Below are positions 43,247 through 52,667 of a stretch of 64,000 bases of DNA, in pieces (position 1 is the first letter of the stretch; the number at the start of each line of letters is the position of its first letter). The translations under genes were made by a program, and so were the position numbers. The stretch lies in the NCBI GenBank assembly GCA_963727505.1, contig CAVSGP010000006.1, positions 128,001 to 192,000 of the forward strand, written 5' to 3'. A model generated the notes under the pieces. It had not been told where the DNA came from, ran no database searches, and worked only from the letters and a program-made list of their open reading frames with translations. The stretch comes from an uncultured Trueperaceae bacterium (GTDB lineage: Bacteria > Deinococcota > Deinococci > Deinococcales > Trueperaceae).

Positions 43247-44629
43247 TCAGTGCTTGCCGTCCGGCCCGACGGCACCGGTGTCGGCGACGACCGGCGTGCC
43301 GGGCACGCCGGGCTTGCCTTCGGGGAAGATGCGGCCGTTGTTGTAGTTCGACTCGGTCTCCCGGATGCCGGGGAGGTCTCCGAGGGCGGTGTAGTACTTG
43401 GGCCCGGCGACCATGAGGTCCTCGGCGGGGAAGCGGCTGATGATCTCGCAGCCGTCCTTGGTCACCACCAGCTCCTCCTCGATGCGGGCGGCGGACCAGC
43501 CATCGCTGGCGGGCCAGAAGGTCTCGAGCGCGAACACCATGCCTTCTTCGATGACCTCGGGGTGGTCGAAGGAGAACAGGCGGCTGAAGATGGGCTTCTC
43601 CCAGATGTTGAGGCCGAGACCGTGGCCGTACTGCAGGGCGAAGGCGAGCTCTTCGTTGGGGAAGCCGAACTCCTGGGCCTTGGGCCAGATCGACACCACC
43701 TCGGCGGTGGTGACGCCGGGCTTGATGAGGCTGATGGCGTGGTCGAGCAGGTCGCGGCACTTGGCGTAGGCGTCGACCTGCGCCTGGCTGGCGCTGCCGA
43801 CGGCGAAGGTGCGGTAGTAGCAGGTGCGGTAGCCCATGTAGCTCTGCAGGATGTCGAAGTAGGCGGGATCGCCGGGGCGCAGCATGCGGTCGGACGCCAC
43901 GTGCGGGTGGGGGTTGCAGCGCTCGCCGCTGATGGCGTTGACGCCCTCGACCATCTCGCTTCCGTTCCGATACAGGAAGTCGCTGACGAGTCCGACCAGT
44001 TCGTTCTCGCGGACACCCGGGCGGAGGTGCTCGTAGAGATGGTCGTAGGCGGCGTCGACCATGCCCGCGGCGTGCGTGAGCAGGCTGATCTCGTCGACGG
44101 TCTTGATCTTGCGCGCCTCCAGCATGAGCTGCTGACCGTCGATGACGGTGATGCCCGCCTTCTGCAGGGCGAACAGCACCGGCGGCTCGACGATGTCGAT
44201 GGCGACGGGGTCGCCGGCGAGGCCGCGCTGGTCGAGCTCGTCCTTGATCCAGCGCGCCACCTTCTCGGCGCGGCCCATCTCGGGACTGATGGTGCCGCGC
44301 AGCATGGAGACGCCGGGGCGCGAGCGCTTCTCGCCGTCGAGCCACGGGGCGTAGAGCTGGTGGTGCTTGGCCGCCGAGCCGAAGTCCCACAGGATGGGTT
44401 CGTCGCCCTGCGGCAGCAGCGTGAAGCGCGCCACCTTGTCCTGCGCCCAGGTGCCGATGTGGGTGCTGGTGATGTAGCGGACGTTGTTCATGTCGAAGCA
44501 CAGCAGCGCTCCGGCCTCGGACTCTGCCAGTACCTTCTTGATGCGTGCCAGTCGTTCCGTGCGGAGGCGCTCGAAGTTGATGCGCTCCTCCCAGTCGACC
44601 GCCATGACGCCGTGTGTGTGAATGGCCAT
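43247..44629 (-). CDS. M24 (Xaa-Pro peptidase/creatinase fold) hydrolase
   Basis: NVRYIT, ARKIKTVDEI, GYRTCYYRTF, GHGLGL, FALET, RIEE. Confidence 0.9.
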   Translation of the reverse strand: MAIHTHGVMAVDWEERINFERLRTERLARIKKVLAESEAGALLCFDMNNVRYITSTHIGTWAQDKVARFTLLPQGDEPILWDFGSAAKHHQLYAPWLDGEKRSRPGVSMLRGTISPEMGRAEKVARWIKDELDQRGLAGDPVAIDIVEPPVLFALQKAGITVIDGQQLMLEARKIKTVDEISLLTHAAGMVDAAYDHLYEHLRPGVRENELVGLVSDFLYRNGSEMVEGVNAISGERCNPHPHVASDRMLRPGDPAYFDILQSYMGYRTCYYRTFAVGSASQAQVDAYAKCRDLLDHAISLIKPGVTTAEVVSIWPKAQEFGFPNEELAFALQYGHGLGLNIWEKPIFSRLFSFDHPEVIEEGMVFALETFWPASDGWSAARIEEELVVTKDGCEIISRFPAEDLMVAGPKYYTALGDLPGIRETESNYNNGRIFPEGKPGVPGTPVVADTGAVGPDGKH

Positions 44630-44675
44630 CAGGAATCCGCCTCCCTCGTAAGGGGTCTGTTGCGCTCCCGGCGAA

Positions 44676-45695
44676 TCAGCCGGGCAGGCACATCTCGCGC
44701 GCGAGCGCGGTGAGCTGCTTCGGGGTGGGGACGGTGACGTCCTCGAGGACGGGGGAGAAGGGCACGGGCACGTCCATCGCCCCGAGCCGGCGAACCGGCG
44801 CATCGAGGTAGTAGAACGCGCCGTCGGCGATGACGGCGGCGAGCTCGGCACTCGCGCCGTAGCTGCGGTGCCCTTCGTCGACCACCACGACCCGGCCTGT
44901 CTTGCGGGCCGAGTCGATGAGGGTGTCTGCGTCGAGCGGGGCGAGCGAGCGCGGGTCGACGACCTCGGCGGAGATGCCGTGGGCCTCGAGTTGTTCGGCC
45001 GCCTGCAGTGCGACCAGGACCATGCTGCTGGTGGCAACGAAGGTGATGTCGGTGCCCTGGCGCTTGATGTCGGCCTGCCCGAGCGGGATGAAGACGTCAC
45101 CCTCGGGGACGGGCCCCTTGTCCTGGAAGCTGAGCTTGTCCTCGATGATGACGACGGGGTTGTCGTCGCGGATGGCGGCCTTCATGAGGCCCTTGGCGTC
45201 GTAGGGCGTGGCGGGCAGCGCCACCTTCAGGCCGGGGACGTGGCTCACCCAGGCGTGGAGGCTCTGGCTGTGCTGGGCGGCGCTGCGCCTGGTGGCGCCG
45301 AGGGTGGTCCGGAGGACCATCGGCACCTTGAGCTTGCCGCCGGACATGTAGTGGGTCTTGGCGGCCTGGTTCACGAGCTGATCCATCACCAGCGTCAGGA
45401 AGTCGCCGAACATGAGGTCGACCACCGGGCGCATGCCGGTCATGGCGGCGCCGACGGCCAGGCCGGTGAAGCCGGCCTCGCTGATGGGGGTGTCGCGGAC
45501 GCGTTCGGGACCGAACTCCTCGACGAGCCCCGAGAGCACCTTGAAGGGGGTGCCGGCCTCGGCCACGTCTTCGCCCAGGATGAAGACGCTGGGGTCGCGG
45601 CGCATCTCCTCGGCGAGCGCCTCGTTCACGGCCTGGGAGAAGGTGATGGTGCGCGCCTGACTCTCCTCGGAGAGCGTTCGGCTAGGCGTAGACAT
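44676..45695 (-). CDS. TPP-dependent dehydrogenase E1 beta subunit (AcoB/PdhB-like)
   Basis: GEDVA, RVRDTPISE, NQAAK, AQHSQSL, PGLKV, SARKTGR. Confidence 0.95.
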   Translation of the reverse strand: MSTPSRTLSEESQARTITFSQAVNEALAEEMRRDPSVFILGEDVAEAGTPFKVLSGLVEEFGPERVRDTPISEAGFTGLAVGAAMTGMRPVVDLMFGDFLTLVMDQLVNQAAKTHYMSGGKLKVPMVLRTTLGATRRSAAQHSQSLHAWVSHVPGLKVALPATPYDAKGLMKAAIRDDNPVVIIEDKLSFQDKGPVPEGDVFIPLGQADIKRQGTDITFVATSSMVLVALQAAEQLEAHGISAEVVDPRSLAPLDADTLIDSARKTGRVVVVDEGHRSYGASAELAAVIADGAFYYLDAPVRRLGAMDVPVPFSPVLEDVTVPTPKQLTALAREMCLPG

Positions 45696-46722
45696 GCAGC
45701 GTGACCTCGCTCTCGTCGGGGTAGGGGGCGTCGAGTCCGAACGACACCGCTTCGTCGGCTTCGGCGCGGACCTCGGTCTCCACCGTTTCGAGCTCCGCGG
45801 CGGTGGCGATCCCCTGCTCCTGCAGCCAGGTGGCGTACAGGGTGAGGGGGTCGCGTTCGCTCTTCCAGTGCGACTCCTCGTCCTTGGAGCGGTAGTAGTC
45901 GCGCTGGATGTCGCCGACGTGGTGCCCGTAGTAGCGGTAGGTGTGCGCCAGCAGGAACGAGGGTCCGTCGCCTTTGCGGGCGCGCTCGACCAGCTCGTGG
46001 GCCACGGTGCTCACGGCGGTGACGTCCTGGCCGTCGACTTCGGCGGTGTGGATGCCGAAGGCGCGCGGCCGGTCGAGGATGGCGCCGGCGGTGGTCTCCT
46101 CGAAGTGGGTGTATTCGTTGTAGAGGTTGTTCTCGCAGACGTAGATGACGGGGAGCTTCCAGAGCTGTGCCATGTTCATGACCTCGTAGAGCAGGCCCTG
46201 GCCGAGCGCGCCCTCCCCGAAGAAGCACACCGCCACCCGGTCGGTGCCCTGCAACCTGGCCGACAGCGCCGCGCCGGTGGCGATGCCTGCCGAGCCGCCG
46301 ACGATGGCGTTGGCGCCGAGGTTGCCGTTCTCCTGGTCGGCGATGTGCATGCTGCCGCCCTTGCCGCGGTTGTAGCCGGCGGCCTTGCCCAGCAGCTCGG
46401 CGAACATCAGGTCGAGCCGGGCGCCCTTGGCGATGCAGTGGCCGTGACCGCGGTGGGTGCTGGTGATGTAGTCCTCGCGGGTCAGGGCGTCGCATACGCC
46501 GACGGCGACGGCCTCCTCGCCGGCATACATGTGCGTGAGGCCGGGCATCTTGGCGGTGAGGTAGAGGTCGTTGGCGTGCTCCTCGAACACGCGGATGCGC
46601 ATCATCTGGCGGTAGGTGAAGAGGTGGCGCGGGGGGTCGGCATCGGCGGATACTCCGGCCCCCGGTGCCTTCCCGCCCGCCTTGGGATTCGTCGGCTTGT
46701 TCGCTGTGGATCGACCCGTCAC
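45682..46722 (-). CDS. TPP-dependent dehydrogenase E1 alpha subunit (AcoA/PdhA-like)
   Basis: STHRGHGH, GKGGSMH, FFGEGA...ENN, TYRYYGH; GAAGGAG RBS before the GTG. Confidence 0.95.
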   Translation of the reverse strand: MTGRSTANKPTNPKAGGKAPGAGVSADADPPRHLFTYRQMMRIRVFEEHANDLYLTAKMPGLTHMYAGEEAVAVGVCDALTREDYITSTHRGHGHCIAKGARLDLMFAELLGKAAGYNRGKGGSMHIADQENGNLGANAIVGGSAGIATGAALSARLQGTDRVAVCFFGEGALGQGLLYEVMNMAQLWKLPVIYVCENNLYNEYTHFEETTAGAILDRPRAFGIHTAEVDGQDVTAVSTVAHELVERARKGDGPSFLLAHTYRYYGHHVGDIQRDYYRSKDEESHWKSERDPLTLYATWLQEQGIATAAELETVETEVRAEADEAVSFGLDAPYPDESEVTLHVYA

Positions 46723-46774
46723 GCAGTGCTCCTTCCCCGTGGAGCGGTACCCGGTCGGGGCCGCGGTTGGCGGC

Positions 46775-47524
46775 TCAGGCGGCGTCACCGTCCAGCTCGT
46801 CTTCGCGATCGTCGGCTTTCCGTTTCGTCTTCTCGAGCGCCAGCCGGCTGTCCTCGCGCACCTGTGCGAGGTGGGCCAGCATCGCGCTCCTGGCGGCGTC
46901 CGCGTCCCCGGCCTCGATGGCGACGAGGAGGGTGCGGTGGTGGCGCTGGCCGCGCATCGGGCCTCCGCTCACCTGGAAGATGTGCCCACGCAGCTCCTGC
47001 AGAAGGTCCACCACCGAATCGAGCAGGCGGGGGACGAAGTGGTTCTGGGTAGCGACGGCGAGCGCGATGTGGAAGCGGTTGTCCGCCTCGATGAAGGTCT
47101 TGGCGTCGTCCAGCGCGTCGTCCATGTCGTGGACGGCGGCGCGCAGGACCTCGAGATCGGCAGCGGTCCGGCGGAGCGCGGCGCGGGCGGCGATCTCGGG
47201 CTCGAGCAGCTCCCGAACTTCGACCATCTCCTCGGCCCGTTCCTCGGACGCGAACCCCATCATGAGCCGCAGCGACTGCTTCAGCGCGTTGACGGTGCCG
47301 TCGACGACGAACGTGCCCTGGCCGCGGCGTACCTCGACCAGGCCGTTCTGGATGAGCGTCTTCATGGCCTCGCGGATGACGGTCCGGCTGACGCCGTAGC
47401 GCTCCCCCAGGCTACGCTCGTTGGGCAGCTGGTCCCCACTGGTCAACTCGCCAGAGAGGATCAATTGGCGAATCCTCTCCACGACCTGTTCGTAGAGCTT
47501 GCGGTGTTGAAGCACATCCGTCAT
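46775..47524 (-). CDS. FadR/GntR family transcriptional regulator (FCD domain)
   Basis: GDQLPNERSL...GVSRTVIREA...GQGTFV; EVRELLE, DNRFH, HL motifs. Confidence 0.95.
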   Translation of the reverse strand: MTDVLQHRKLYEQVVERIRQLILSGELTSGDQLPNERSLGERYGVSRTVIREAMKTLIQNGLVEVRRGQGTFVVDGTVNALKQSLRLMMGFASEERAEEMVEVRELLEPEIAARAALRRTAADLEVLRAAVHDMDDALDDAKTFIEADNRFHIALAVATQNHFVPRLLDSVVDLLQELRGHIFQVSGGPMRGQRHHRTLLVAIEAGDADAARSAMLAHLAQVREDSRLALEKTKRKADDREDELDGDAA

Positions 47525-47569
47525 ATTGTAAACCCATGCATAAGATGCAATCTCTTGCAGGAGGTATGG

Positions 47570-47821
47570 TGGTAATACCTCTTTTGGAATGGTGCGAACC
47601 TAGCACGCCTCCGAGCGCTCTGTCAAGAATTTTCGAGGGCTCGAGGGGTTTGACACACCCCCTCTGTTGTGCTAACGTTGGCCGCGTCCACAACTTGATT
47701 CTGTAGGTCTTGCGATTCCTTGCGAGCCGAGCCGATCCCCCGCCGAGGAGCGGGGCGCCGGCGCAACCAAAGGGGTGGTCCAGGCGCCCGAAGCGATTCT
47801 TACCGTCCGGTGGTATGACCA
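47570..47821. promoter_or_regulatory. Back-to-back sigma70 promoters and FadR-type operators
   Basis: Plus strand TTGACA(47650)-N17-TAACGT(47673). Minus strand TTGACA(47621-26)-N18-TAGGTT(47597-602). Both have TGn extended -10 elements. Operators TGGT-AAT-ACCT (47570-80) and TGGT-ATG-ACCA (47811-21). Confidence 0.8.
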
Positions 47822-47950
47822 CCACACCACTAATAGTTATCGAGCGCGTGTTCGCGTGTCCGGAGGGGCAGGGGCCACCGCTCGCGCCGTCGCACGGGCA
47901 AGCGAGTGCGCGTGCCGCATGGTCTCGCACCGCGTGGAGGAGAACCTGAC

Positions 47951-48829
47951 ATGGCAAGAATAGGATTCGTGGGCCTCGGGGTGATGGGCGGCCGCGTGGC
48001 CAAGCGACTGCTGGACGCGGGGCACACCGTCACGGGTTACAACCGTACGCGTTCGAAGGCGCGCTGGCTGGAGGACGCCGGCGTGGCCTGGGGCGACACT
48101 CCCCGGGCGGTCGCCGAGGCATCCGACGTCGTGTTCACCATGGTGACCAACACGACCGCCCTGGAGGCCGTGACACAGGGCGAGGACGGCGTGCTCGCTG
48201 GGCTCGCTCCGGGCAAGATCTACATCGACATGAGCACGGTCAGCCCGGCCTATAGCCAGGGACTCGCCGCGCAGGTCAAGGAGCGTGGCGCCACCATGCT
48301 CGACGCGCCGGTGTCCGGCAGCGTGGAGACGCTCGAGCAGGGCAAGCTCACCTTCATGGTGGGCGGCGAGCGCAGCGACTTCGAGAAGGTAGAGCCCATC
48401 CTGCTGGACGTGGGCCCGAAGGCGACCCACGTCGGCGCCAACGGCCTGGCGGTCACCATGAAGATCGCCACCAACCTGAGCCTGGCCGTGCAGATGCTGG
48501 CCTTCAGCGAGGGCCTGTTGCTGGCCGAGCGTAGCGGGATCAAGCGGGAGACGGCCGCCGAGGTGCTGCTCAACAGCGTCATCGCGTCCCCGATGGTCAA
48601 GTACCGCGGCCCCTTCGTCCTCCAGATGCCGGAGGAGGCCTGGTTCGACGTCAACATGATGCAGAAGGACATGAACCTCGCCCTCGAGCTGGGCCAGGAG
48701 GTCAACGTGATGCTCCCCACCACGGCCGCGACCAACGAACTGCTGACCGCCGCCCGCGGGCTGGGGCTCGACAAGCAGGACTTCGCCATCGTCTTCGAGG
48801 TGCTCGCGCGCCTCTCCGGGGGGAGCTGA
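47951..48829 (+). CDS. NAD(P)-dependent oxidoreductase, beta-hydroxyacid dehydrogenase family
   Basis: IGFVGLGVMG, IDMSTVSP, LDAPVSGS, KIATN, MQKD. Confidence 0.95.
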   Translation: MARIGFVGLGVMGGRVAKRLLDAGHTVTGYNRTRSKARWLEDAGVAWGDTPRAVAEASDVVFTMVTNTTALEAVTQGEDGVLAGLAPGKIYIDMSTVSPAYSQGLAAQVKERGATMLDAPVSGSVETLEQGKLTFMVGGERSDFEKVEPILLDVGPKATHVGANGLAVTMKIATNLSLAVQMLAFSEGLLLAERSGIKRETAAEVLLNSVIASPMVKYRGPFVLQMPEEAWFDVNMMQKDMNLALELGQEVNVMLPTTAATNELLTAARGLGLDKQDFAIVFEVLARLSGGS

Positions 48830-48833
48830 GTCG

Positions 48834-50324
48834 ATGGCCGCCGAGAGGCTGCGCCGCGATTCGGGAGAACGCCGGGAAGCCGCCGCCGGGGGGCAACCCA
48901 GGCTGGGCGAGTTCGGTTGCTACGTCGCCGGCCAGTGGGTGCGTACCGGCGACCGGCTGGAGGTGCTCAGCCCCTTCGACGGCAGCCTGGCGGCCGTGGT
49001 GCACCGGGCCGGCCCGGAGCAGATCGAGGCGGCCATCGCGCAGGCCACGGCGGCGTTCGAGACTACCCGGCACATGCCGGTGTGGAAGCGCTCGGAGGCG
49101 CTGGAGGCGATCAGCGCCGGTATCCGGGAGCGCCGCGAGGACCTCGCGCAGACCATCGCCCTGGAGGCCGGCAAGCCGGTCGCGGCGGCGCGTGGCGAGG
49201 TCGACCGGGCGGTGTTCACCTTCAAGGTCGCGGCCGAGGAGGCCAAGCGCATCTACGGTGAGATCGTGCCGCTCGACTGGATCCCCGGTCTGGAGGGACG
49301 CGAGGCACAGGTACGCCATGTCCCGCTGGGCCCGGTGGCGGGCATCAGCCCCTTCAACTACCCGCTGAACCTGGTGGCGCACAAGGTCGCGCCGGCGCTG
49401 GCCGCCGGTGACGCCATCGTGCTGCGCCCCGCCAGCCAGACGCCGCTGAGCGCGCTGAAGCTCGCCGACATCGTGCAGGGATCCGGTTTCCCGGACGGCG
49501 CCTTCAGCGTCGTGCCCAGCCGCACGGCCGACGCCGCGCCGCTCGTCGAGGACGAGCGTATCCGGCTGCTGACGTTCACGGGCAGCCCCGCGGTGGGCTG
49601 GTCGCTCAAGAGCCGGGCCGGACGCAAGCGCGTCACGCTGGAGCTCGGCGGGAACGCCGGCGTCATCGTGCACGCCGATGCCGACGTGGCGTACGCAGCG
49701 GAGCGCGTGGTCTGGGGAGGGTTCCAGTACTCGGGCCAGTCGTGCGTATCGGTGCAGCGCGTGTACGTGCACGAGGACGTATACGACGCATTCCGGGACG
49801 CGCTCGTGCCGCAGGTGGAAGCGTTGAAGCTGGGCGACCCCCTCGACGAGGCGACCGACGTCGGCCCCGTCATCGATGCCGACGCCGCCGAGCGGATCGA
49901 GGCGTGGGTGCGTGAGGCCACCGAGGGCGGCGCCCGCCTGCTCGCCGGTGGTGCCCGCCAGGGCAATCTGTGGCCGCCGACGGTGCTGGAGGACGTCACG
50001 CCGGCGATGAAGGTATGCAACCAGGAGGTCTTCGCGCCCATGATCGGGCTGTACCGCTACGCCGACGTGCACGAGGCGATCGACGCCGTCGACGCCAGCG
50101 ACTTCGGCTTGCAGGCGGGTCTGTTCACCAACGACTGGCGCGTCATCCGCGAGGCCTTCGACCGCATCGAGGTGGGCGGCCTGAACATCAACGACGTATC
50201 GACGTTCCGCGTCGACCACATGCCCTATGGCGGCGTCAAGCAGTCCGGGGCGGGGCGCGAGGGACTGCGCTACGCCATCCAGGAGATGAGCGAGATGAAG
50301 CTTCTGACGCTCAATCCCAGGTAG
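48834..50324 (+). CDS. Aldehyde dehydrogenase family protein
   Basis: ISPFNYPLNL, FTGS, TLELGGN, GQSC, EVFAP, MPYGGVKQSG. Confidence 0.95.
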   Translation: MAAERLRRDSGERREAAAGGQPRLGEFGCYVAGQWVRTGDRLEVLSPFDGSLAAVVHRAGPEQIEAAIAQATAAFETTRHMPVWKRSEALEAISAGIRERREDLAQTIALEAGKPVAAARGEVDRAVFTFKVAAEEAKRIYGEIVPLDWIPGLEGREAQVRHVPLGPVAGISPFNYPLNLVAHKVAPALAAGDAIVLRPASQTPLSALKLADIVQGSGFPDGAFSVVPSRTADAAPLVEDERIRLLTFTGSPAVGWSLKSRAGRKRVTLELGGNAGVIVHADADVAYAAERVVWGGFQYSGQSCVSVQRVYVHEDVYDAFRDALVPQVEALKLGDPLDEATDVGPVIDADAAERIEAWVREATEGGARLLAGGARQGNLWPPTVLEDVTPAMKVCNQEVFAPMIGLYRYADVHEAIDAVDASDFGLQAGLFTNDWRVIREAFDRIEVGGLNINDVSTFRVDHMPYGGVKQSGAGREGLRYAIQEMSEMKLLTLNPR

Positions 50325-50479
50325 CTGGGGTCGAGCCGATCGTGCTAGGCCCAATCCTGGAGGGAGGTGAGCGGATTCTCCTGACCCATCAGCATGTGGA
50401 GGGGCACGGAGCACGGATAGGACGCGTACTCCTGTTCGACATCGACGAAGGAAGACCGGAAGACGTAGGAGGTTGAGAG

Positions 50480-51670
50480 ATGTTCAAGAGATTCGTACTC
50501 GTGGTCGCGGCTGCGCTGTTCGCCGTGACGGGCTTGGCGATGGCCCAAGGTCCCATCAAGATCGGGATCTCGCTTCCCCTGACCGGTATGTTCTCGCAAC
50601 CGGGCGGAGCTGCCCAGAAGGGGTACCAGGTCTGGGCCAAGATCGTGAACGACAACGGTGGCCTCCTCGGTCGCCAGGTGCAGCTCGACATCAAGGACGA
50701 CGCCAGCGACCAGAACACCATCGTTTCGGACTACAACCGTCTGATCACACAGGACAAGGTCGACCTCGTGCTCGGCACGTTCTCGTCGCTGCTGAATCTG
50801 CCCGCGTCGGCGGTGGCCGAGAAGTATCGCATGCTCTACGTCGAACCGGCCGGCGGCGCGCCGAAGATGTTCGACCGCGGCTTCCAGTACCTGTTCTTCG
50901 CGCAGCAGGCAACGGCCAACCACCAGGGTGACCAGTTCGTGAAGTGGGTGTTGTCGCTGCCGGCGGACCAGCGGCCCAAGACGGCGGCCTACCCCACGCA
51001 GGACGATCCGTTCACCAAGCCCGTGATCGAAGGCATCCGCACGCAGCTCGAAGCTGCGGGCATCAAGACCGTCTACCAGACCACATATCCGCCCGATACC
51101 TCGAACTTCGACACCATCGCCAGCGCCATCAAGAACAGCGGCGCCGAGCTGGTTGCCGAAGGCGCCGTCTTCCAGGACGGCGTGAGCATCATCCGCTCGT
51201 TCCAGAAGCTGGGGTACAGCCCCAAGGTGTTGTTCGAGACCTCGGCGCCCTCCGAGAGCGAGCAGTTCTCCAGCGGCATCGGGATGGCCAACACCGAGGG
51301 CATCTTCTACGCCGTGAGCTGGAATGCGCAGCTCCCCACCAACATGAACAAGAAGTTCGTCGACACCTATCAACAGATGTTCGGCGCTGGGCAGATCCCG
51401 GCCGAGGACGCGGCCGACGCCTTCGCCACGGCGCAGGTGATGCAGAAGGCGGTCGAGGCCGTGGGATCGCTGGATCAGGCCAAGCTCAAGGACTGGCTGC
51501 ACGCCAACAGTGTCGACACGATTCTCGGCAACCTCTCCTGGGACGAGACCGGCGCGCCGCAATCGGCGTTCCTGCTGGCGCAGTGGCAGAAGGGCAAGGC
51601 GGAGATCGTGTTGCCGCGTGACGTCGCCACCTCGCCGACGATCACCTTCCCGAAGCCTGGATGGCAGTAA
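50480..51670 (+). CDS. ABC transporter substrate-binding protein (LivK-like)
   Basis: Signal peptide; IKIGISLPLTG, NGGLLGRQV; AGGAGG RBS. Confidence 0.93.
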   Translation: MFKRFVLVVAAALFAVTGLAMAQGPIKIGISLPLTGMFSQPGGAAQKGYQVWAKIVNDNGGLLGRQVQLDIKDDASDQNTIVSDYNRLITQDKVDLVLGTFSSLLNLPASAVAEKYRMLYVEPAGGAPKMFDRGFQYLFFAQQATANHQGDQFVKWVLSLPADQRPKTAAYPTQDDPFTKPVIEGIRTQLEAAGIKTVYQTTYPPDTSNFDTIASAIKNSGAELVAEGAVFQDGVSIIRSFQKLGYSPKVLFETSAPSESEQFSSGIGMANTEGIFYAVSWNAQLPTNMNKKFVDTYQQMFGAGQIPAEDAADAFATAQVMQKAVEAVGSLDQAKLKDWLHANSVDTILGNLSWDETGAPQSAFLLAQWQKGKAEIVLPRDVATSPTITFPKPGWQ

Positions 51671-51687
51671 GCCCCACCTCGAGGCGT

Positions 51688-51717
51688 GGGCGGGACCCCT
51701 TCCGGGGGGTCCCGCCC
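51688..51717. other. GC-rich hairpin after the SBP gene (probable mRNA stabiliser)
   Basis: GGGCGGGACCCC...GGGGTCCCGCCC. Confidence 0.5.
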
Positions 51718-51785
51718 CGCCCTAGAGTTCTCCCGGCGCTCGGCGCCGGCATCCGCGCGCCGACCTCCGGCCGTCGAGGAGACGC

Positions 51786-52667
51786 ATGACACTGTTGGTC
51801 CAGACGATCCTCCTGGGGCTGCTCATCGGGGGGGTCTACGCCCTGTTCGCGTCCGGTCTCACCCTGGTGTTCGGGGTGATGGGAATTGTCAACGTCGCGC
51901 ATCCGGCGTTCCTGGTGCTCGCCGGATTGTTCACCTACGAGCTGTGGTCGCGCCTCGGCATCGATCCGTTGCTGCTCACCGTGGTCACGACCCCGTTGAT
52001 GTTCGCTCTGGGCTGGTTGGTCTACAAGGGGCTCATCGCGAGGGTGCGCTCTGGACCGGTCTCGATGTCGGTGGTGTTGACCTTCGGCCTGGCCATCGCG
52101 CTCGAAGGCGCCATGGGCATGACGTGGGGGAACCGCTTCTTTTCCGTCACGCCCCCCTATTTCAACCAATCGTTCCACCTCGGGGTGCTGGTGCTACCCA
52201 AGGCCCAGGTCTTCGGCTGCATCGCTTCCGTGGTGGTCCTGTTGCTGCTCTATCTGTTGCTGACGCGCACCTGGGTCGGACGGGCGATCCGCAGCGCTTC
52301 GGAGAACCCGGAAGGCGCCCATCTCGTTGGCATCGACATCGGCACGGTGGCCGCCCTGACGTTCGCCATAGGCGCCGCCACGGCCGGCGTGGGCGGGTCC
52401 GTGATGGCCATCATGTACCCGATCTTCCCGGCCTCCCAGTACGTGTGGATCTCCCGCACCCTCGGCATCATCGTGCTGGGTGGCATGGGGAGCCTTCCCG
52501 GCGCCGTGGTGGGGGCGCTGATCCTGGGCGCCGCCGAGACCCTGACGGCCACCTACATCTCCACGCAGTGGGCGGTGGTGGTCTTCTACCTCGTCATCCT
52601 GGTGGTGCTCATGGTGCGGCCGGAGGGATTGATGGGCGCCCGGGTCCGGAAGGACGTGGTGGCATGA
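51786..52667 (+). CDS. ABC transporter permease (LivH-like)
   Basis: GLTLVFGVMGIVNVAH, GRAIRS, LGGMGSLPGA, RPEGL. Confidence 0.93.
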   Translation: MTLLVQTILLGLLIGGVYALFASGLTLVFGVMGIVNVAHPAFLVLAGLFTYELWSRLGIDPLLLTVVTTPLMFALGWLVYKGLIARVRSGPVSMSVVLTFGLAIALEGAMGMTWGNRFFSVTPPYFNQSFHLGVLVLPKAQVFGCIASVVVLLLLYLLLTRTWVGRAIRSASENPEGAHLVGIDIGTVAALTFAIGAATAGVGGSVMAIMYPIFPASQYVWISRTLGIIVLGGMGSLPGAVVGALILGAAETLTATYISTQWAVVVFYLVILVVLMVRPEGLMGARVRKDVVA

